Assembly (NCBI RefSeq): GCF_009834535.1
Contig: NC_045696.1
Location: forward strand, 75,270,001 to 75,334,000
Length of the DNA: 64,000 nucleotides
Source: Camelus ferus
Taxonomy: Eukaryota
Direction of reading: 5' to 3'
Shown: piece by piece, positions 1 through 11,699 of the stretch
How positions within the stretch are numbered: the first letter of the stretch is position 1
How the letters are laid out: every line of letters begins with the position of its first letter
Translations under genes and position numbers: made by a program
The notes under the pieces: model-generated
Seen by the model: only the letters and a program-made list of their open reading frames with translations
Told to the model about the DNA's origin: nothing
The model's database searches: none

Positions 1-150
1 AATTTTAGTTGAATGTACGTACACTGTAATTTACTCAGGATTCCTGGACTTCATTATTCATTCCAGACGTGAAGGAGGGGCAATAAATATACTATTTCTT
101 TTTCTTGCTGTTCTAAATTTAGTTTATTGTTCTCGTTGATTGATTTTCAT
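1..150 (+). terminator. Possible 3' end / polyadenylation site of an upstream + strand gene
   Basis: AATAAA at 82-87, followed by T/GT-rich sequence (tttctttttcttgctgttct...tttattgttctcgttgattg) in non-repeat DNA. The gene itself is not visible. Confidence 0.3.
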
Positions 151-619
151 AGGGTCACACGAAGTATTACAGCTAACTTACACTGGTTCAGTTATCTGAG
201 TTAAATGACAGTTTAAACACCCTTTGCTTCTACTTCCATTTTATCCTGTGGCTAATACAATGGTGTGGGCCAGGAGAGAGATTTTATTCTTTGTTTGTTT
301 GTTGTTAAAGTTTAGTTTCAATATATGCATATCATTCTGGGTTATGCAAACTCAGAAGAACTCCCATCATTGGTAACGTGGATTGCTCTTGCATTCATAC
401 TAGTCTCATGATGATCTGTGTTGGGCATTAATACTCAAGATAGTTGCTCTGATCCTTGTCCCTTGACTCTAGGAGGTAATATGTTGTAATGGTCATGTAT
501 TAAGGATGTCTGCTTTTTGGGTGGCAATTCATGAAAAATCAGTTTGTAATTCAGTGAGTTTATTTGCACAAAGATCCAAATATGCAAAATCATTTGTTTC
601 TAACAAATGGGAGATTTTG

Positions 620-1000
620 TGTTTGATTGGCAAAATGGTAAGTGGTGTGATGAAAGAGCACTGGAATGTGAATCAAATAATGGGAAGTTAATTCTTCATT
701 CACTGTCTAACCTTGATCATTTAGTTTTCTTGAGCCTTGGTTTCCTTACCTGTAAAATAATCCTAATCATGATTTGCATCTTATAATGGTCTCCTAGTTT
801 AAAATAAGTTTCATATCTGTCACTCTATTTAAAAGTGACAATACCTTGTGAGTGTTGACTTAGTTACTATTAGTTTCATTTTTTTCAGATGATAAAACTG
901 AGGTACTAAGGGGTTTTCCAAGTCATGCTGCTAGAAAATGGCAGAAGTGTAACATGACACACAGTGTCCTACTTCCAAAGAGATTTGTTCTACCATTCCA
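620..1000. mobile_element. Two MIR SINE fragments in opposite orientation
   Basis: MIR core motifs 'gagccttggtttccttacctgtaaaataat' and 'tttcagatgataaaactgaggt'. Confidence 0.65.
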
Positions 1001-1039
1001 CGGTATGGTTTTTGGCTTGATTCCCTTACAAAAAATGGC

Positions 1040-3530
1040 TGAGAATCAAAAGGTATGATCTAGTCTTCCTCTCCACCTCAGCCACTGACTGTCATGATCA
1101 CACCCTAAATTTTATCATCACCAGTAACTGCATCATCTCAGAAATCTTGATTTTGAGCATCCTACTCCCTGGTCTATATGTTTTGAAGCTTATTTATTCC
1201 AAGATTCTCCCCAATAAATTTTTGATCTTAATGAGTCCCCTACCCAACCACTCTGTCTTTTTTCATTATCTGTAAACCTCTTACCTCTTCCCTTTATTTA
1301 CCTCTGTAATTACCTAAGTTGATTTCATGGTCTTTCACTGTATCTCCCCCTTGTAGGATTCCATAACTCCTTTGCCTCACTGTCCATTCATTGTATTTGT
1401 CAGACTAAACTCCAGCATTGGGTGAAAACAGCTATCCATCTTTTCTGTTCCTGTACAGTGACAACCAAACTTTTCTGAAGAAAATCACAAAGCCTGATAC
1501 AGTGGTTTTACATTAAATAATGACTAAATTTCAAATGGCATTCAACCACCACTTACAGATCCCTAGTGCATTCAGCTTGTTTCTCTTTGAAACAATTAAT
1601 TCAGAGCTTCACTTCTCTTGTCAAACAAACATCCCACAGTGTCTAGTTTCCTAACTGATGATCTTGCCTTTTCCACCACAGATCTATACACTTGCTGGCA
1701 TCTGTTTTCACTTCTGTTTTTCCTTGTGGGACACTTGCCCTGCTCCTATCCAAGATCTTACCCTTTATTGTCACTCAGGGTCCTTTTCTCTCCTATCTTG
1801 GAAATGATTTCTCTCCTTCAGTTATTCAGTCTCCTCTCTTCCTCTTACTTGATCAATGCAATCAGCAGGATTCTAGAATCCTCCATAAAAAAAAAAAAAA
1901 ACAACAAACCAAAAAATGTTTTCTTGATCCTGCATCTCCCATTAGTTACTTCTTTATTTTTCTGCTCATCTTCATAGCAAAACTTTTCAAAGGAGTCAAA
2001 TAGATCTACTGTCTTCTCTTCTTCATTTCCCCTTCAGTCTTCCTATACTCCACTTGGATGCTAATCTCCATAAGGGATGTGAAACTGCTTGTCCATTGTG
2101 CTATGCTAATTTCTACAATGCCAAATCCAATGTATAGGCCTTTATTCTAAATTCACCTGAACTCTTACCAGCATTCAATGTAGTTGACCACTTGTCTCCT
2201 GAACAGCTCTCCTTTTTTGAATTCTGAACACCACACTTCTGGTTTTTCTTCCATCTCTCTAATTGTTTCTTCTCAGTTTTCTTAGGTGGCTCTTCAGTCT
2301 CTACTTGTTTTCCAAATGTTGAAATGGGTTTTGTCTATGCTTCCTAGATAATGTCGTCAAGTTCTATGGCTTTAAATACCACCTATAGTTAAGTGATTCC
2401 TAAATTTTTATCTCTAGACTTCTCTCTCAAACTCCAGACTCTAGTTTTTCAAGCTGAAAATTTAAGAATAACTTCTGATTCCTTTCTCTACTTCACCATA
2501 CTTTTTCCGCATCCAGACAATCTCCATATTCTATTGTTTCTATCTCCAATACCTCTCTCTAACCAGTCCTCTTCTCTTTGTTACTACTTCTACAACCCTG
2601 GCTTAAACTATCAACATTTTTCTCATTTGGCCCTCAGTAATGGCCTCATTGCTGGTGTCTCTGCTTCCTTGATTTTCCCCTTACCATCTGTACCTTACAG
2701 CACTTAGAGAGATATTTTAAAATGGAGAATTAGACTAGCCTTTCCTTGCCTTAAATCTGCTAACAGATTTCCATTGCTCTTGAAATTTGAATTTTTTTAT
2801 TGAAGTATAGTCAATTTACTATATTGTGTCAGTTTCTGGTGTACAGCATAATATTTCAGTCATACATATGCATACATATATTTGCATTCATGTTCTTTTT
2901 CATTGTAGGTTGCTACAGGAGGGACTCTCTATAGGCCCTGTGTGGTCTCTCTAACATTATTATATCCTACTTTTCTCTATCCAGCCACACTGGACTTGCC
3001 AAGTCTTCTCGGGGCCTTTGCACATACTACTCTCGTTCCCTGGATTGCTCCACTCTCAGCTCTTGGCTTGTTGATCTTTCTCACCTTTTTATGCTCAGCT
3101 GAATATCACATCCCAGGGAGCTTTGAATCACCACTCTTTCTAAGAGGCCCACTTGCTTTTCCTCTTTTCCCCAATTACTTTCTACCATTAAAATTTTTTC
3201 TTTCTCCTTTCAGCGAGTGTGAAGCTAGAGAGATCCCTGCCGGATGAGGATGTCAGATCTAATTGTCCTCCCAGCCCTTCAACCCTCCCCTGAATCTCCT
3301 CAATAAAATGGTTTGATACCCAAGCCCCCCAATTTTTTTTTCTTTCTAGTACTTTTCACAACTGAAATTCCTTTGTCTATGTGTTTGTTTACTGTGCCTC
3401 TCTCTCAAACAGAGGATCAATACCTGACATTATGAATCTTACTTATGTTTTTTACAGCTTTTCTTCAGTGCTTGGTACATTTTCCACACCTAGTAAGCTC
3501 TCATAAGAATACTTGTTGAATGAATGCATA
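1040..3530 (+). mobile_element. L2 (LINE-2) remnant, 3' part of ORF2 to 3' end
   Basis: L2-type motifs 'gccaaatccaatg', 'gcattcaatgtagttgaccac', 'tctatggctttaaatacca', 'ctctctcaaactccagactc'; 3' end 'aatacttgttgaatgaatg'. Confidence 0.8.
2792..2919 (-). mobile_element. Short 5'-truncated young L1 3' end inserted into L2
   Basis: 'ttttttattgaagtatagtcaatttactatattgtgtcagtttctggtgtacagcata' matches the 3' ends of the L1s at 11350 and 26340-26400. Confidence 0.8.
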
Positions 3531-6129
3531 AACATAAGGGATGTGAAACTGTCCATTGTGCTATGCTAGTGTAACACACCCTACTTTTCACAGATGAGCT
3601 GGATTGCTTTAGCAGATGAGTGACACAGGTGGTCTGTATTGGGTACTAAAAGGTAAAATGTTAAGCTATATTGACTATATTTGCTCTGAAACAGCTCTCT
3701 TTCCCACGTGAAGAGCCATCTTGTTTTGCAGAATCAAAACTAGAACTAGTAGGATATTGATAGTCTGTAAGGAAATGTTGACTCAGGCAAATAATATCTG
3801 TTACAAATAAGGAAGATTTATAGGGGAAATGGCATTGCATAGGATGAATAAATTTTTATTTCTTCTCTGTTTTAAAAAATATAATATTTGACTTCTATTG
3901 CTTATTCTAGATGATGGCCTGAGCATAATGCGCAATAGTACTCCAGCACGACAGAAAATGCTCTTAAAACACTGATAGAGAAGCAAGGAATGGGAATCAA
4001 AGAGCATCACTCAGGAGTATCACTCACCATGATTCATTTCTAGCTTCTTTGCCCAGGCTTCAAAGTTTTCTTTAAAAGTAAGTTAAGGCTCATTCAGACT
4101 TAGAGTTAATACAGACCCAGGGCTTAAGTATCTGAGTAATTAAAGGTATACTACCTTGAAGGTCTCAGACCTTCCCATTTTCACTGAATTCAAGGGATTA
4201 AAGAAATCACTCAACCTCTTAAAGCCAAGGTTCTAACACTCAGAATTTCAACTGGTGCACATCCTAATTAGTGAGTCAAGTTATTAGATGATATCCTGAT
4301 CAGAAAATGATATAAGCAGTTAAAAAAAAAAAACCCTTAGTATCTTTCCTATAAAGAACCTTTAGTTTGATGGCCAATATTTGCATATTATTTCCTACTT
4401 GTTACATGTCTCTAAGAAAGTGTTTGGATTATAAACATTTTATTTAGATTATGTTTGTTATTTAAATCAGCATAGCCCTATAGCCAGTTTCAAAGCCTTA
4501 TCTCCCTATACCCATTCTTGCTTAGTTTCTGTACTCTTCTTCCAGTAGCTTTCTCTCTTTTCCTTAAATTTATTTCCTTTTTATAAAAGAAACTTTAGCA
4601 ATTACTGGTAGGTACAGAGAAAAACAGAAGAAGAAAGAAAAATTACCACCCAGAATCAACTGCAGTTAAAATTCTGAAATACGATACTTTAGTCATGAGG
4701 CTAATTTTGAGGAGTCCTCTAACTTTAACAACAGTGTTGGATAAAATTTGGAAGAAGGTTATATTGTAGATATAAATTAATTAATTTTTGAAATAGTTTG
4801 GGCAAAACAAAATAACACAGAAACAACACTGACATTTTGTTTTGCTTACTTGATATAAAAAGGTGGCCTTAATCCAACTGGGGGTAAAGATTTTTTGATG
4901 TTTTGTTATTAAAATGACCTCAACCAAAAGACAAAATATTTTTAAGATATTAATATGCATCTTCCGATTCCACATTAAGTTTTAAACAAAAATTCAAATA
5001 GTATAACTTTTAGAGGGTCCAAACCTGAAAAGGTGATGGTGTTTCTTACCCCCTTTATGTAATGGAAAAGAAAAATGATGCTAAATAGTAAAATAAGTGT
5101 GAGGAATTTCCACAATATGGTATTTATCATAATGACTATTTTGAAGCCATTTTTCCCCCTAAATGTCAGGTTCTTTCATGGAGCATTTACTGGGTGCCGC
5201 TGCTTTGCAGGCACCGAGGCATGTCTCCTGTTGCTGCCTCTCTGTTGGAGGAGTTGCTAACATTGCTTGCACTTGCAGCAAAAGTGCTCTCTGAGCTATT
5301 GGTCATGCTCCCCTTCTCTGCTGTTGGTGTTAGTATCTCTGGGAAGCAGAGGAAGCCTAATGTATGCCAGCCAGGATGGGGAAATGGTCCATCTGCTCTG
5401 CGCTGGGCATTAATTTCATCACCAGTGATGGCTGCAAAGTAGATGTCCCAACACTGGGTACGCAATGGCCATTTATTCAGAGGCCAGGGGAGAGGAACTC
5501 TAGTCAGTCTGATTATAGCCCATAATGCAGAATGAGGGCTAAACTCCCTAAACAGTCTGTTCCTGTAGCTGCGGGGGTCTATGCAGGCCCAAACAGATGG
5601 ACCTGGCCAGGAAGCTGAGTGCACTCCATTTCTAACCCAGCAATATTGCTTCATGATGGTATGACCTTGGGCAAGTCACTTCACCTTCATGCTTTGTAAA
5701 GAATGCATTCTACCTATACCCCCTGACTGCTGTGGGGACACGTGACACAGCATCAAATCTCATTCATCTGAGCACAGCACAAATGCCACCTCCTTTGTGG
5801 TCATCAAAGAATAATCATTCTTTTTGAATTCTACTGGCATTTATTAGCATCCCTCTTTGGACACATAATAAATTCATTAGTGAGTATGAGATGTATCCAC
5901 TTTGTTCCAGGTACTATTGCAAGTACTTCAGTGGTTATGAGTGTGGAGTAGTAGAATCAGGTTCAAAGATAAATAACTGAGTTCTTAAGGGCTTACTTTA
6001 AAAAAATGCAAATTCCCTATATTCCATCTGATTCTCTCCCCACAGCTTCTAGACTCCTTCATAAGGGAATCTCTGCCTTTAAAAACTCCTTGCCTACTCA
6101 CAGCACTCATTAGCATTCCCTTTGGAAAG

Positions 6130-6350
6130 TCATGACAGCATATCGAACACTTACTAGTGCCAGGCATTATTCTAAACGCTTTATGTGAATTAACTCATTC
6201 AGTCACCATCACAACATTACTCCTACACACATTTTATAGATGAGAAGAGAAAAACGACACAGAGGAGTTAAGTAACCTGCTTAAGGTCACACGGTGACTG
6301 GGTGGCAGAGCCTCACAAGACAGCCTGACTCTAGTGCACACACTCTTAGT
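6130..6350 (-). mobile_element. MIR SINE
   Basis: 'gtgccaggcattattctaaacgcttta...cattttatagatgag...gagttaagtaacctgcttaaggtcacac'. Confidence 0.8.
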
Positions 6351-6859
6351 CCTCATGGTTACTTCCCATGGTGGGCTGTTGAATGAATGCGTGATGAGTG
6401 CTAGATGTTTTAGAAGTGTAAGGCACTTTAGAAGTTTAAGTCATAATAGTATTTTTGCTACAGGCATAAAATTACTACAGGATTACAATCAACACTCTGT
6501 AGTATTTTGGGGGAAAGAAATCTCAACATTCTACTTTTGATGTTGTGGTTCAGTAACAAACAGTTGATTAAACTAGTCCAAAATACAAGTTAAGCTGTAG
6601 GAGAACTAGAAAAAAAAATCCCTGATTTCTTGCCCTCACTCGTAGGGCCACGGCATTTGGGCCAATTTTGGGTGGCTTGTGATTGCTGGCTCAGTCCACA
6701 GTGTTCTCTTCCCCAAAAGACATGTATGAGTTACCTTTTGTACCCCAGACTGATTCTTTATTGACCTTATCTTTACTCTCAGTTTACTCTGTCTAGTACC
6801 TAAGCTAGACAACATAGCCTTGTCTTCAGTTACTCCTCTCCTTCACTTTGTGGTTAAAT

Positions 6860-7500
6860 CTTGCCCATTAAGGGCTTCTCAAATATATCCCCTCCCCTGT
6901 ACTCAGACTGCCATTGACTTCAGTATCTGACATTACACCAGTGTAATAGGTTCCTAACTGTCATCCCAGGATATGATCTGTATTTTCTTGTCTTTCCTCT
7001 GGTTTTCCATTCTCTAACTTACACTTAATGAAAATGCACATCTGATAATATTCCTTCCTGTTGAAAGCCATTAAAGTGACATCAAATTGCCTCCAAGATA
7101 GACCATAAACTTCTTAGCATGGTGGTCAATGCATTCCCCAATTGGGCCCCAACCTGCTCCTTGGATATCATCTCCCAACATACTTCCATACTAATTCCAG
7201 ACGCTGTAGCCACACTGGGCTACTTGTTATTTCTGAAATGGATCATATGCTCCCATGTCCCCAGGACACATGGCCTGCCTTCTTGGAAAAATTTCCTTTC
7301 CTTCTCCACTGGTTAAAATATTTGATCTTATTTAAGGCAGGCTCAAGTGTCATTTCCTGGCTACCCCAAACTAGAATTTATTGCCATTTCTAACTGCTCT
7401 GTGTTTATAGTTCTTCTCCGGCACTTAATTTGTTTTATGTTGAAGGGTGGTAAATATGCCTTTTCCATAATAGATGGAAAGATTCTTGAACTTAAAAAAA
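6860..7500 (+). mobile_element. L2 fragment
   Basis: 'taataggttcctaactg', 'aaacttcttagcatgg', 'gccacactgggctactt', 'ggctcaagtgtcatttcct'. Confidence 0.6.
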
Positions 7501-10500
7501 TTAATTCATCTTTATAGCTGCATACCACCCTAGCATAGCTGTCCTGTATTTTTAGCTTTCTAAATATGTAGAACCCATCTTCCCATGTAGACTGTAGGTT
7601 TTTGACAAGCAGTGACCATTTACAATATGAGTTAGCTTACGTATTTCGGGCTTAAGTTGACTTTAAATTTGCTTCTACCAGTTAATATGCTTGTATAGGG
7701 GACCAAAAGAGAGCTGTTAACTCTGATTTGTACTTCCAGTGACTGTTGTGAGGGCTAAGAGAAGTAACATCTGCAAAGCACTGAACACACAGTACAAGCT
7801 CAATAGAGGTGACAACTGACTGGTTAGCTTTATGGTGAAACTCCTTGGCACATCATTTTATGTGACCGAGACTTGGCCTGAGTTGTCCAGTCTCAGGGAC
7901 TGGTTGTTTCCTCTAATAAAACACATGTGTAGTTTAATTTTGTAAGTACTTTCCAAAAGAACATTCCTCTTCCCCTCTTCCCCATAATACCCTCAGTTAG
8001 CATCACCATGTCTCCAGTTGCTCTAGAACAGATAATCTGTTTAATAGTACCTTGTAAATGCTTTTGATTTTAAAGAATTTATTATTGTTGTTGTTATTTT
8101 GACTATTTGTTTCTAAATTAATTATTTGTATCCCCTGGCTTTGGCTTTCCTGGGACATAGAAGAAACCTCACTCTTGCAGAGTAGCATGCCTGAAGCATA
8201 GTAGACAATGAATAAATATTTGTTGGCCCAATGGTTGGGGGATAAGTGAATGGCCTTCATGCTCCTGGTAGGCAAAAAAGCATAAATTATTTATCACATG
8301 AGTTGTCCAAACCAGTCATGCAAAACTAGCCAGGGCTTGCTTTTCTATCCTGGGGCAGATGGGTCTATTCCTCCCTAAAATAACAACTAAATCCATTGAG
8401 ACAACAGTGCCATGGTGGGTGCAGCCAGATTTTTAAAAGAACATGAGCATTACATGAGGCAGGAAATTAATTTGTCTGCTGGAGTTGATGAGGACGTTAC
8501 ACTGGGGAACCACTGACTACTAATCTCTTTAGGACTGCTCCCTCTCTCATTTAGACTCTGCCAAGCAGGAGACCCATAAACTCCCACTGTATGAAGAGCA
8601 GTGTAAAGTCAGGATTCTTACTAGAAAACCTGACTGTAAGATCTATCTGGGTCCTTCTGTGCAGTATGTGCTCAGCAACAAGGAGAGTCTCCACAGTGAC
8701 TCCTGAAGCCTAAATTGGAGTAGACAGTAGGTGATGGGGGCAAAGTTTGTGAGGAAACTCCCTCATGTACCAGGCACAGGAATAACGTGTTGTTGGATTT
8801 ACCCTTCAGATTGGAATGGCCAGTGGGCCATTCTATTGCCCCCTTCAGTAGAAAGTGTTTAGAAGCTGAGTTGGCTGAGAAGTTGGTCTTTTGTAGATGG
8901 CTGCCACATATTGAAATTATGCCATGAGATTATAACATAATCACCTACTTATGATCTTTTTTGGTTAAAAAACAATACTAAAACTCCATCCCCTCTTCCT
9001 TTCCTTCTCAAGATTCCTATATCTCCATGTCCTATTTCCCAAACCATTTCTTTTTTTAGGTCAAGGTCACTGATTAAAAAGACCATGGGATCTTAATGGC
9101 AAAGTGAGTGGATTAAATTCTTATTTGATCTCTTTTCCAAGTGGCTTCCTCAGTAATGAATAAGAGTTCCCACCCCTGAGCTCTAAAAGTATTTTATAGA
9201 TGTATCTCTCATTACCAGTGTAGTACAGATTTTGTCTTTCTACTTATTTTTTCATAATGAGTCTAATCTTTTCTTTGTGCCCAGTCCCCTATGCCCAGCA
9301 ATTCTAGGTCTTTGATGCACATTTGTTGATTGACTGGCATTTAAGAGTTTAACAGCTAATATGTACCTGGGTACTTCTTAAAACACATGTCCCAGGGCTG
9401 TCCAAGAGTCATGGGCTCTCAAAGACACATCGAATTCAGAGGAAGCTATGCTGTAGTTCTACTGTGACTTTCATATCTGTGCTTATGGGAAAGAGTCCTT
9501 CTCTGCAGAGTTACATAGCTACTCTGGGTGTCATCACCAAATTAAAGGCAGGAGAAAATGCTAAAATGATAAATTTAATCAGCTTTCCAGAGGTTAGAAA
9601 TAATTCTCAGACAATTCTGCTCCGACGCGTCTATATTCCAATCTGTTCAATTTGGCTGTCACAATTTCACCCCAATTTACCCCTTGCAAACACTTGAAAT
9701 GCTTCCTTTAATTAATTCTCTGCACTCAAAACTTTGAGCAATGCCAAGTTAGTTAATTACCAAAGTTTATGGCTTTAAGCATTTCCTAGATGCAAATTAT
9801 GAAAATTCTTAGTGAGTGCCAGCATCAGATCTTCAAAGACTTCAGCCTCCTGCCTTCACAGAACTGTTCTGAGGAGTGAGAGGTGGGTGTGCTTGGTACA
9901 AAATGACCAGATGGCAGAGAACAGTATCTAGATGAAATTTTCACTCTCAACTGGCAGATAGTTGTTTACAAACATTCTTACTTACCTTACTGAAAATATA
10001 GAAAGGTTCAAGGGAAAGTTGTAACCCCCTTTCAGTATGTTGGATTACAATTGTTATTGTAGAAATTCTCTTAGGACAAGTTTCTTACAGCTCTGTGCTG
10101 AGTTTACAGTTTGAGAGCAGATATAATGATCATGGATGCCCAATTGCTCTGTTGTAGTGGAAATTTGTTTTATATGGAGTTTCTCACGAGGGAAGGAAGG
10201 AAGGAAATAACCTTTATTTTCTTTGTCTATGCTTTCTAATATATTCATTCTTCAGGACAAGTGTGATAGTTATTAATATTCCCAGTGTTACAGATAAAGA
10301 AACTAAAACTCAGAGAGAGAAACTAAGTCAGAGGAAGAAACTATGTCAGAAGAAAGATTTGAACTCAGGTTTGTCAGATTCTCTGGGCCATGCTTTTTTC
10401 ATTAGATCACACTCTCCTTGTAGTAATTTGAACAATAGTGTTCCACCATTAAGAAAGTCATTAATAAAGTCCTTATTTTCCCCCTTGAAATCATGGAGAA

Positions 10501-11699
10501 CCATTTGCTGGCTAAACTGAGAGCTTCTGAGTTTACTGCAATCATTATTACTTGTCAGCAAGAGACAGGTCTCTTGAGTTTCTTAAGTATAAGCACTTGT
10601 CTCACATTTCCTAGCAGAAGACAAGTCTCAGTCAATATTTCAGCATCATGGACATGGTGTCACTAAGACACAAGGCCTCAGGATAGCTAAGGAATAGTTT
10701 TGTGTTCCAAGGTAACTTCAAGTATGATGCTGCATTCTCAGTTTTTAATAGCTAGGCTCTGTTTGTGGACATTAATCCAAAACTGTTAAAAGCATAAAGC
10801 TCAGAATATTTCAAACCTGGGAAAAAGTGTATAGATTAAAGTTCAATCTCTTTGTGGAGAGTCAGTTAGTATAAACAAACTTTCTACTGAGGAGTGGGAA
10901 AATGGATTGTACCCCACATGGCCCAGTTCCCTACTCCCACTCACAAGCCATCAATTTTCTTTTCTAAACTTTGAATTTGTGCAGATTATTCTGGGAGTCT
11001 TAGTAGTCCCCAGGCTCCTCTACCCTCCCCCAAATAGCATCTGGCAGTGTTTGAGCTGGCAAGAATTGTTTGTTGATAGAGCTATAAAAAGTTTCTCTCT
11101 CCTTATTACCTATAAGCAGGAAATCTTGATACAGGAATCAAGAGGGAAACAGAGCAAATATTTACTAGAGAGAATTTATTGTACTAGGTGAATGATGTAC
11201 TTTTACAGTGGACTAAGCTCCAGGGTACAGAAATAGATGATATATTTCTCATTTTTTTCTTTTTACATGCTTTTGTTGAACATATTTTGGCTATAGTCAC
11301 TTTTTAAAAATAATTTAATTGTTTGTATTTTACCTGATTTCTTCTTTTTAAAATTGAGTTATAGTCAGTTTACAATGTTGTGTCAATTTCCAGTGTAGAA
11401 CACAATTTTTCGGTCATACATGAATATACATGTATTCATTTTCACATTCTTATTCACAGTGAACTACCACAAGATCTTGTATAAATTTCCCTCTGCTATA
11501 CAGTATAAACTTGTTTATCTATTCTATATATATCTGTCAGTATCTACAGATCTTGAACTCCCAGTCTGTCCCTTCCCACCCTTCTCCCTCCTGACAACCA
11601 CAAGTTTGTATTCTATATTTACGAATCTGTTTCTGTTTTATATTTATGTTCATTTGTCTTCTTTTTTTTTTTTTTTAGATTCTACATATGAGTGATATA

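Noticed and set aside
1618..3247. Hydrophobic ORFs as membrane proteins
   Set aside because: Leu/Phe/Ser-rich translations of the pyrimidine-rich strand of an L2 remnant.
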